Shown here one piece after another: positions 1 to 8,279 of a stretch of 64,000 nt of DNA. A program made the translations under genes and the position numbers. The DNA comes from Ignavibacteria bacterium (lineage in GTDB: Bacteria; Bacteroidota; Ignavibacteria; OLB7). The notes beneath the pieces are model-generated. The model saw nothing but the letters and a program-made list of their open reading frames with translations, ran no database searches and was not told where the DNA came from. Position 1 is the first letter of the stretch; each line of letters begins with the position of its first letter. The DNA lies in assembly GCA_020635205.1 (NCBI GenBank), contig JACKAE010000003.1, positions 581,054 through 645,053 of the forward strand, given 5' to 3'.

Positions 1-2260
1 CCAACGCATTCAACTCGTGGTAGTGTGTGGCAAAGAGCGTCCGTGCACCAATCTGCTGGTGGAGATATTCGGCAATCGCCCACGCAATCGAGACTCCGTC
101 GAATGTAGAGGTTCCGCGACCAACTTCATCGAGAAGAATCAAGCTCCGCTCGGTTGCATTGTTCAAGATATTGGCTGCCTCATGCATCTCCACTAAGAAT
201 GTACTCTCCCCCGCAACGATATTATCTTGTGCTCCAACCCTCGTAAAGATTTTGTCGACAATGCCAATCCGCGCCCTCTCGGCTGGAACAAAGGAGCCAA
301 TCTGCGCGAGCAGAACAATCAACCCATTCTGGCGGAGATAGCTCGACTTCCCTGCCATGTTCGGACCGGTAATGATAGCAATCTGATCGGCTGCAGTGTC
401 GAGGTTGGTGTTGTTCGGTACAAACCGCTCCCCGGCAGGGAGCATCACTTCCACAACGGGATGGCGACCACCTACGATTTCGAGCGAGGTAGATTCGTCA
501 AGCTCTGGACGGACGTAGTCCCGTTCCCGCGCAACGTGAGCAAATCCAAGGAAGCAGTCGAGCATAGCCAGAAGAGAGGCGTTCCGCACAACTACTTCGC
601 TCTCCTCAGCTACCACCCCTTGAAGTTCAATGAAGAGTTCACGCTCAAGAATTCCAATCTTCTCCTCTGCGTGTAGAATCTTCTCCTCGTACTCCTTCAA
701 TTCTGGAGTAATGTAGCGTTCGGAGTTTGTTAAGGTCTGCTTGCGGGTGTAATCCCCCGGCACGCGGTCGCGGTGGGCATTCGTGATTTCGATATAGTAA
801 CCGAAAACGTTGTTGAACCCGACTTTCAAGGATGAAATTTTTGTTCGGCCACGTTCGCGTTCTTGCAGCGCATCTAAATAATCTTTGCCCGTAGCCCGCA
901 GGTCGCGCAACTCGTCAAGTTCAGGCGAGAATCCACGACGGAAAGCTCCCCCATCTGCAAGGGTTGCCGGTGGTTCTTCCGGCAACGCAGCCCGAAGCCG
1001 TTCCACCAAATTTTCGGGATATGTCAGCGTAGAGGCAATTGTGGCGAGCGTTGGGGCATCACACCTGCCAAGCAACTCTACGATGCGGGGGATCCGCTCC
1101 AAAGTCCCAAGCACGAAGCCGAGATCCCGGGGTGTAGCGCGTCCGACAGCTACCCGTGCAACGATTCGCTCCAAGTCGCTCGCCATCTTTAACTCTTTCT
1201 CAAGTTCTGAGGCTACCGACGGAGTGCGGAAGAGTGCATCTACCGACTCAAGTCGCTTCTCGATTTGATCGCGTGACTTCAACGGGTGAACAATCCACCG
1301 TTTTAGGAGCCGTCCCCCCATCGGAGTTTTGGTTCTGTCGAGCACACTGAGCAACGAACCATAGCGCGCCCCATCACTTGCGGAGAAGACAATTTCCAGA
1401 TTCCGCTTGGTTGCAGGATCCAGAGAGATATAGTCTTGTGGCGAGTAGCGTCGAATCCGAGTGATGTGCCCAAGTTTTGAGCGCTGGTTCTCCATTAAGT
1501 AGTGCATCACCCCACCGGCAGCCAATATCCCTGCACTCATGTCCTCAACCCCAAACCCTTTCAAGGAGCGTGTGCTGAAGTGTTCGCGCAGACGCTCTTC
1601 GCCATACTCACGGTCGAAAATCCACTCCTCAAGTCGCGTGATTAGGGGAGTACTGCTCAGGCGAAGGTTCGAGAGTCGATCTTTCTGCGCACGACTGACG
1701 ATAATTTCGGCAGGGCTAATCCCCTCGAGCGTTTCGTTCAACTCACCTTCAGCCACTTCGGTTGCGGCAAACTCGCCGGTCGACACATCGCAGAAGGCAA
1801 TCCCTACTCTCCCCTTCTCAAAACTGACAGCTGCAACAAAATTGTTCGTCCCCGCCTCCAACAGCTTCTCGTTCATAGCCACGCCGGGTGTCACAACTTC
1901 CACCACATCCCGCTTCACAATTCCTCGGGCAAGTTTCGGGTCTTCAAGTTGCTCGCAAATAGCCACACGATAGCCAGCCTTTACAAGTTTCGGCAAGTAG
2001 TTGTCCAATTGATGCCACGGGAAACCAGCCAAAGGAGTTCCCTCTTCGGAACCGTTGTTCCGTTTCGTGAGGGTAATGCCACAGACCCGAGCGGCAATGC
2101 CAGCATCCTCTTCAAACGTCTCGTAGAAGTCCCCCAAGCGAAATAGCAGAAGGGTATCTGGATACTTCTGCTTGATCTGATGATACTGCCGCATGAGGGG
2201 AGTCCTCTTCTTTGCCCCCTTATCCTTTGCTGCTGTATTCGTTGTATTACCGATTGCCAT
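1..2260 (-). CDS. mutS: DNA mismatch repair protein MutS (about 753 N-terminal codons; the C-terminus runs off the window)
   Basis: This ORF is not in the supplied track because it is open at the window edge. Reverse-strand translation from the ATG at 2258-2260 reads MAIGNTTNTAAKDKGAKKRTPLMRQYHQIKQKYPDTLLLFRLGDFYETFEEDA. Near the window edge it reads GPNMAGKSSYLRQNGLIVLLAQIGSFVPA, LILLDEVGRGTSTFDG and FATHYHEL. I saw no in-frame stop. Confidence 0.95.
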   Translation of the reverse strand, partial: MAIGNTTNTAAKDKGAKKRTPLMRQYHQIKQKYPDTLLLFRLGDFYETFEEDAGIAARVCGITLTKRNNGSEEGTPLAGFPWHQLDNYLPKLVKAGYRVAICEQLEDPKLARGIVKRDVVEVVTPGVAMNEKLLEAGTNNFVAAVSFEKGRVGIAFCDVSTGEFAATEVAEGELNETLEGISPAEIIVSRAQKDRLSNLRLSSTPLITRLEEWIFDREYGEERLREHFSTRSLKGFGVEDMSAGILAAGGVMHYLMENQRSKLGHITRIRRYSPQDYISLDPATKRNLEIVFSASDGARYGSLLSVLDRTKTPMGGRLLKRWIVHPLKSRDQIEKRLESVDALFRTPSVASELEKELKMASDLERIVARVAVGRATPRDLGFVLGTLERIPRIVELLGRCDAPTLATIASTLTYPENLVERLRAALPEEPPATLADGGAFRRGFSPELDELRDLRATGKDYLDALQERERGRTKISSLKVGFNNVFGYYIEITNAHRDRVPGDYTRKQTLTNSERYITPELKEYEEKILHAEEKIGILERELFIELQGVVAEESEVVVRNASLLAMLDCFLGFAHVARERDYVRPELDESTSLEIVGGRHPVVEVMLPAGERFVPNNTNLDTAADQIAIITGPNMAGKSSYLRQNGLIVLLAQIGSFVPAERARIGIVDKIFTRVGAQDNIVAGESTFLVEMHEAANILNNATERSLILLDEVGRGTSTFDGVSIAWAIAEYLHQQIGARTLFATHYHELNAL

Positions 2261-2669
2261 CTGTTTGACTAATGAAGGTTGTCGTCGTCGAGCAGTGAGC
2301 CTTAGGGGAAGAGTCCCCCTCATCGATCACCCCAACCCTCTCTCTGCGAACTCTCTTCTCGACTAAAAGATTGAAGATACAACTTCCCCGCCAAGCCTCC
2401 TTCCACGGTTGATCGAACGTATCAAACCATATCTACAACACCAACGAGAAATCCATGTTAACTCTCCCTAACATTCGCCGTTTTTCGCCCTACTACTTTA
2501 CCATCACTTAACATTCCAGCTCCGCTGTTGCCCCTCCCTCTGAACCCCCATAACATTGCATGGCTGTAGAGGGGACAGAGCCTTGCCACTGCTTTAGGGG
2601 GATGGTAAGAGAAGGCTCAACCTCTCTAAAACATGATTCAGAGGAAACAGAAAAGACATCTCATATATA

Positions 2670-5570
2670 ATGGAATTCAGAGTAATGAAGAAACGCATTC
2701 TTATCCCTGCCATAGCTCTTCTCTTCGGAGTACTGGCGCTTCCCTCGCTTCTATCGGCACAGGAACGGGGTAGCCTTAGTGGCGTTGTCACAGATGGCGA
2801 AACTGGCGAGCCGATACCGGGGGTGACTGTTTTGGTCATCTCACAGAAAGGAGCAGGTGCAGCAACAGATGCAGAGGGGAAGTTTCTGATTAACGGTGTG
2901 CTCCCCGGAGTACACGACATCTCACTCACCTATCTCACCTACAAGGGAGATACGCTACGTGGGGTTGAGATTGAAGCAGGCAAGCAAGCCGCAGTAAATG
3001 CTTCCCTCTACGAAAATGAAAATGGAGTTGAAGGACGTGAGATTGTCAAGAAAGGGACGAGAAGCAACAAGTCCGAAGAGGGAGCACTTAACCTTCGGAA
3101 GAATGCGTTGCAAGTGACCGAGGTAACATCTGCGGAGGAGATAACTGCATCGGGTGCGTCGAACGCTGGGGATGCCGTTCAGCGGCAGACCGGGGTTTCA
3201 ATTGTGGGAGGAAAGAACATTGTGGTGAGGGGAACGCCAGAACGATACAGCTCAACACAGCTTAACGGAATTAATCTGCCGAGTCCTGAACCGGAGAAGA
3301 AGACGGTTCCGTTTGATCTTTTCCCGGCAGGGATGATCGACAACATCACTACAATTAAGACATTTACTCCTGATAATCCGGGCGACTTTGCAGGGGCACT
3401 TGTAAAGATCAAAACGAAAGATTTTCCGAAGCACTTCATTTTTAATGCAGGGATTGGCGGGGGAATGAACTCGCAAGTGCAGGGAGCCGACGGACTCGAT
3501 TATGCCGGGGGAGCGTCCGACTGGATCGGTATCGACGACGGAACGCGCGCGCTGCCAAGTGGCACTGAACCGGGGCGCCGCTTCAGCAGCACGGAACAGG
3601 CAGCACTTCTTGGGCGCTTCGATAACACTGTCTGGCGTCCTGAAACTGCTTCGCTCCCGATGAACTCCTCGTTCAACTTGACTCTCGGGAACAGCTTTGG
3701 TTCTTCTACACCGATAGGACTCCTCCTCTCAACTTCATATGCAAGCAACTATTCTTTCAAGGATGGCTTGGAACGTCAACCTCTTCTGGCACTCAGCGGA
3801 GATGGCTCGCACGAACTGCGCTATGACTACACAGTTCGAGAGGCTGAACAATCAGTTCTCTGGGGTGGCTTGGTGAACCTAAGTGTTGGCCTTAGTGAAA
3901 CGAGTACCGTTGGATTTAAGGGTGTGCTGAACCACTCAGCAGACGATGAAGCCCTCTTAGTAACTGGTGACTTCAACTCCAGCACAACCGGACAAGTTCG
4001 CCGGACGCAGATGCGTTTCACTGAGCGAACGATTGCCGGTGCGCAACTGTTAGGAGAGCACCAGACAAATCTTCTTTCGAGAGATTCTAAAGTCGAGTGG
4101 CGGGCAGCCCTTTCATTGGCAAGCCGCTCGGAGCCAGACAATCGGCAGACAGCGTATCTGCGCAACGATGAGAACGATGCCTATCGCTACAACGGAAACT
4201 TCGGGAGCGGAAATGGTCGCTTCTTCAGCGACTTGCAAGATGTAGAGTCGAACGTTGGGTTTGACTGGACGGCTCCACTCTACTTTGGCGAAGATCTGGA
4301 GAGCGACACGCGGTTGAAGTTTGGTTCAACGGCTCGCTTCCGCAACCGCGAGTTCACTGCCCGCCGTTTCCTCTTTGGACCGGGAACAACGTTCGACGCC
4401 GACGTACTGGCTCTCGATCCGGAAGAACTCTTCACACCGGAGAATGTGGCAGCTGGCTTTATCAGCTTCGACGACAATACGTTGGGGAACGACAAGTACA
4501 ACGCAGACGAGCGTATCGTTGCAGGATATGCAATGGTGGAAGCGCCGTTAGCCGACAAGCTCCGGTTTATTGGTGGTGCTCGCGTTGAGTGGTGGACAAT
4601 GGAGTTGACCCCCTTCAACTTACTTACGAACCAATCACTAACAGCACTGACAGCCGACCAATCAGTTGTGGATATTCTCCCCTCAGCGAACCTGATCTAC
4701 AACGTGGCAAAGGATATGAATCTGCGCGGATCATTCTCGCAAACCTTAGCTCGCCCAGAGTTTCGTGAGTTGGCTCCCTTCCGCTTCGATGACTATAAGC
4801 AGAGCACATTCGGCAATCCGGGATTGGAGCGGACACGAATTATGAACTACGATCTCCGCTGGGAGTGGTACACACGTCCGGGTGAGCTTCTCTCGGTAAG
4901 TGGTTTCTACAAGAATTTTACCAACCCAATCGAGCAATTCTATCTGTTGGGTGGATCGGACATCCAAGTAGAACCAGTCAATGCGTCGGGAGCAAATACG
5001 TTCGGAGTTGAGGTGGAGGCGCGAAAAGGACTCGATGAGGTTGCGGACTTCCTCACAAACTTCTCGTTTGGCTTGAACTTTACGATAGTGAAGTCTACCG
5101 TGACTTTTGACGAGAACAGCCCAGTGACTATCTACAACGGCTTTGGGCTTGCAGAGACACCGGTCTCAGCACTGACAAATCTTGAGCGTCCACTGCAAGG
5201 GCAGTCACCATACACGATTAACTCACTTATCGGCTACAGTAATAGTACGTTGGGGACTGACGCTACGCTTCTCTTCAACGTCTTCGGTGAGCGTTTAGCA
5301 ATTGTTGGAACAAACAACTACCCAGATGTCTACGAACAACCGCAGCCGACACTCGACTTTACGCTACAACAGAAGCTCCCTGCTGGACTAAAACTTTCAT
5401 TGAAAGCGAAGAATATCCTCGATACGGAGACCCGCTTTACCCAAGAGTTCGTTGGGAAGAACAGCGAGGTAATCGAGACGGAACGATACTTCTCGGGACG
5501 ATCTCTTTCACTCGGAATATCGTTCAGTTTGGATCAACTACGAATACAGAACGCAACCAGAACAGAATAG
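2670..5570 (+). CDS. TonB-dependent outer-membrane receptor with N-terminal carboxypeptidase-regulatory-like domain (SusC/RagA-like size)
   Basis: The ORF is 966 aa with signal peptide MKKRILIPAIALLFGVLALPSLLSAQ. It has the CarboxypepD_reg-like stretch GVVTDGETGEPIPGVTVLV, then a plug-like region and a long beta-barrel-type C-terminus. The likely true start is the ATG at 2685. Confidence 0.9.
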   Translation: MEFRVMKKRILIPAIALLFGVLALPSLLSAQERGSLSGVVTDGETGEPIPGVTVLVISQKGAGAATDAEGKFLINGVLPGVHDISLTYLTYKGDTLRGVEIEAGKQAAVNASLYENENGVEGREIVKKGTRSNKSEEGALNLRKNALQVTEVTSAEEITASGASNAGDAVQRQTGVSIVGGKNIVVRGTPERYSSTQLNGINLPSPEPEKKTVPFDLFPAGMIDNITTIKTFTPDNPGDFAGALVKIKTKDFPKHFIFNAGIGGGMNSQVQGADGLDYAGGASDWIGIDDGTRALPSGTEPGRRFSSTEQAALLGRFDNTVWRPETASLPMNSSFNLTLGNSFGSSTPIGLLLSTSYASNYSFKDGLERQPLLALSGDGSHELRYDYTVREAEQSVLWGGLVNLSVGLSETSTVGFKGVLNHSADDEALLVTGDFNSSTTGQVRRTQMRFTERTIAGAQLLGEHQTNLLSRDSKVEWRAALSLASRSEPDNRQTAYLRNDENDAYRYNGNFGSGNGRFFSDLQDVESNVGFDWTAPLYFGEDLESDTRLKFGSTARFRNREFTARRFLFGPGTTFDADVLALDPEELFTPENVAAGFISFDDNTLGNDKYNADERIVAGYAMVEAPLADKLRFIGGARVEWWTMELTPFNLLTNQSLTALTADQSVVDILPSANLIYNVAKDMNLRGSFSQTLARPEFRELAPFRFDDYKQSTFGNPGLERTRIMNYDLRWEWYTRPGELLSVSGFYKNFTNPIEQFYLLGGSDIQVEPVNASGANTFGVEVEARKGLDEVADFLTNFSFGLNFTIVKSTVTFDENSPVTIYNGFGLAETPVSALTNLERPLQGQSPYTINSLIGYSNSTLGTDATLLFNVFGERLAIVGTNNYPDVYEQPQPTLDFTLQQKLPAGLKLSLKAKNILDTETRFTQEFVGKNSEVIETERYFSGRSLSLGISFSLDQLRIQNATRTE

Positions 5571-5576
5571 CAGAAT

Positions 5577-5610
5577 GAAGGGGGAGCCGATGGCTCCCCC
5601 TTCTGCATTT
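5577..5610 (+). terminator. Rho-independent terminator after the TonB receptor gene
   Basis: A perfect 12-bp stem gaagggggagcc / ggctcccccttc (5577-5588 and 5592-5603) has a 3-nt loop and is followed by tgcattt. Confidence 0.7.
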
Positions 5611-5814
5611 GGCCTCCTCTATTACCAGTTCTTCACATCGGAACGTGCCGAAGATTACCAACACATCACACTGAGCCGAAATCGGTTATACCCCGACAGA
5701 GTGCGTGTCACGAGCGCGAATTATAAGAGAGACCTGAAATCCTTTCGGGGAACTATTAACAATCAATCGATAATCTCATATCCACTAACTCTTATCTATT
5801 AAGGAGAGAACTAC

Positions 5815-7158
5815 ATGTTCAAAAAGAATCTACTCTTCATTCTCAGCGGCTTGGTTGCAACGCTCACGTTGGTGAGCTGCGGCGATGACGACACAACCAA
5901 TCCGGGTGACGGACGGAAAAAGGTGACCGTTACCGACACACTCTTCGGAGAGTCAGGTACACTCACCGACGTAACAGTAGCACCAGAAAGCGGGAATACC
6001 ATCTACCTGAAAGGTTACTACATTGTGAACCGTTCGTCGACGTTGACAATACCTGCAGGAACGAAAATCGTTGGGTTGCCTGAAACAATTGGGAATCAGC
6101 CAGCAGCTCTAATCACTGAGAGTGGTGACGGAACGGCAGCAAGCGGGCAGTTGTTTGCTGAGGGAACGGCAAGCGCACCGATTGTCTTCACATCTTCACT
6201 TGCAGCCGGCAGCCGTGGTCGCGGCAATTGGGGTGGTGTTGTTCTGCTCGGGAATGCAGAGAACAACCTCCTCTCGAAGATTGGAACGATTGAGGGAACC
6301 GGCGGCAACTATGGGCCGGTTGGAACAGCAAAGAACGACGACAACTCGGGAACACTCCGCTACGTTCGGATTGAGTATGGTGGCACAAAAGTATCGCCAG
6401 ACAACGAGATCAACGGTCTGACAATGGGATCGGTTGGGAGCGGAACAACGCTTGAGTATATCCAGAGCCACATGATCGCCGACGACGGCTTCGAGTGGTT
6501 CGGCGGAACAGTTAACGGAAAGTATCTCGTTAGCTCCGGCAACGACGACGATGGTTTCGACATGGACTTTGGATATCATGGCAACCTGCAGTTCCTCTTC
6601 GTGATGCAGGATCCTGACTTGGCAAACCGTGGTTTCGAGATCGACAACGACGGCGACGGTTCAGCTAACACGCCTATCACCGGCGCGACAGTTGCAAACG
6701 TGACGATTGTTGGAACAGGCAAGGACAAAGCGAACAGCGAAGACAACGACGGATTCTATCTCCGCCGCAACAATCAGTTGAAGATTTGGAACGCAATCAG
6801 CACCAATTTCCGCTACGCAATGGTTGTTGACGGCGCGGCGACCGGAGACAACGTTCAGAACAACAATCTCTACGTGAAGCAGAGCATCCTGAACGGCAGA
6901 ACTGGCGCATATCTGGCAAAGGGAAGTGCAGCAGACTATGCTGCGAAGGCAGCAACCTGGGGGAACATTGAGGAAGATCCGCAGCTTGTCGGCATCGACT
7001 TCACGAACCCACAGCCGAAGCCAACCAACTCGAAGGCAGCAAACGTCGGTAGCGTGCCGAGCAACGGCTTCTTCACAGCAAACACCTTCGCTGGTGCGTT
7101 CGACCCATCGAGCAACACATACTGGTTCAGTGGTTGGACAAACTGGGTAAAGAGCTAA
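5815..7158 (+). CDS. Surface lipoprotein of unknown function (Gly/Asp/Asn-rich, beta-helix-like), partner of the upstream TonB receptor
   Basis: The ORF is 447 aa. AGGAG lies 9 nt upstream of the ATG. The lipoprotein signal is MFKKNLLFILSGLVATLTLVSCGDD. I recognised no SusD-like TPR sequence. Confidence 0.75.
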   Translation: MFKKNLLFILSGLVATLTLVSCGDDDTTNPGDGRKKVTVTDTLFGESGTLTDVTVAPESGNTIYLKGYYIVNRSSTLTIPAGTKIVGLPETIGNQPAALITESGDGTAASGQLFAEGTASAPIVFTSSLAAGSRGRGNWGGVVLLGNAENNLLSKIGTIEGTGGNYGPVGTAKNDDNSGTLRYVRIEYGGTKVSPDNEINGLTMGSVGSGTTLEYIQSHMIADDGFEWFGGTVNGKYLVSSGNDDDGFDMDFGYHGNLQFLFVMQDPDLANRGFEIDNDGDGSANTPITGATVANVTIVGTGKDKANSEDNDGFYLRRNNQLKIWNAISTNFRYAMVVDGAATGDNVQNNNLYVKQSILNGRTGAYLAKGSAADYAAKAATWGNIEEDPQLVGIDFTNPQPKPTNSKAANVGSVPSNGFFTANTFAGAFDPSSNTYWFSGWTNWVKS

Positions 7159-7204
7159 GTATGTTTCTCTGAAAGGAAGAGAGCATTTGCTCTTTTTGTG
7201 GTAC

Positions 7205-7245
7205 AAGCCTCTCCCCTCCTCTTTGGAGGGGAGAGGCTTTATGTT
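7205..7245 (+). terminator. Rho-independent terminator
   Basis: A perfect 15-bp stem aagcctctcccctcc / ggaggggagaggctt (7205-7219 and 7225-7239) has a 5-nt loop and is followed by tatgtt. Confidence 0.75.
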
Positions 7246-7280
7246 ATCTCACAAGTCGGAACTGCCTCGAATAACCAGAT

Positions 7281-8003
7281 TTGATTTACAGACAAACGAC
7301 GCCCTATTTTGCAGCGATACGTTATAAGAAGAATCTCCAAACCAATCTTGAAGTGATATCATTGCGTACTCAGAAACCATCTCTACACATTTGGCATATC
7401 ACGTTGCCAACCTGTGCTTCACTACTGCTGCTCCTTTTAATGTCATGTGGCGAAGGAGTAGACAATTCTAAGTCGGGTGACCAGACAGCAAAACAGACTG
7501 AGTCGGCTACTTGGCTCCTAACTTCAGATCACTACGACACCCTCTCTCCAAATCCAACCCCACTCAGTGGTGGGAAGCCTTCTGTTGAGGAACTGGTAGA
7601 AGCTGGTTTGAAAGGATTGAATGAGAAGGATACCGCCACCCTCCTCACCATGATGATAAGTCGCGAAGAATACGACTCCATTATCTATCCCGAACTTGGC
7701 AAGTACTGGAGCGGAGCACGGGATATGCGGGAAACAATTACTCAGTGGCAGCGAACGAACCACTTTGGCTCAGCTGAGAAGGGATTGCGAAGACTGCTAC
7801 GAGACTATGGAGGGAAATCGTTCAAGCTGGCAGCCGTCGAGTTCCAAGATTCGACGCAGACTTACCCAAGCTACACAATTTATCAACGACCTATTGTTGC
7901 CGCCATTGACGATCACAACAAAAAAGGGCAGATCAAGAATTTCGGTTCAATAATTGAGAAGAATGGTGTTTTCAAATTTTTTTCATTTAATGATCGGAAT
8001 TAG
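7281..8003 (+). CDS. Hypothetical lipoprotein
   Basis: The ORF is 240 aa and starts at TTG in the track. It has a lipobox-like LLLLLLMSCGEG. The true start is uncertain; an in-frame GTG further downstream gives a normal signal peptide. I recognised no domain. The region is visibly AT-richer than its neighbours. Confidence 0.55.
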   Translation: MIYRQTTPYFAAIRYKKNLQTNLEVISLRTQKPSLHIWHITLPTCASLLLLLLMSCGEGVDNSKSGDQTAKQTESATWLLTSDHYDTLSPNPTPLSGGKPSVEELVEAGLKGLNEKDTATLLTMMISREEYDSIIYPELGKYWSGARDMRETITQWQRTNHFGSAEKGLRRLLRDYGGKSFKLAAVEFQDSTQTYPSYTIYQRPIVAAIDDHNKKGQIKNFGSIIEKNGVFKFFSFNDRN

Positions 8004-8279
8004 TTCAAACAGGCGTGGCTGTCTGAATTACATTCACTTTTGATGATTTCAAGGTTTCTGAACAATCAATTCGGTGAATTCTAATAGCAATGGCAACTTA
8101 AAAGTCGTTAAAACTCACTCGACTTACCCAATTATTCATTCAACAGAGTCCTGTGTACACAGGAAAATTATGGAATGATAACACTACATTTCAGCGAATC
8201 ACCACTACATTAGTTAGCCATAGAAATTAAATCTACTGGTTGTCCAATATTCTATATCACCAACTACACGTGATGCTCT

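Noticed and set aside
2583-2589. A GCCACTG (B12-box-like) heptamer lies upstream of the TonB receptor gene, hinting at a cobalamin riboswitch.
   Set aside because: None of the other conserved cobalamin-riboswitch elements are present around it: the GGTG.AA.TCC-type stem, AGGGAA and the 3' AGYCMGG.G.CCTGCC box. The receptor is SusC-like rather than BtuB-like. It is probably a chance match.
5575-5802. A 75-aa ORF lies immediately after the TonB receptor gene.
   Set aside because: Its first codons are the terminator hairpin itself. It has no RBS or recognisable features and lies in the promoter region of the lipoprotein gene.
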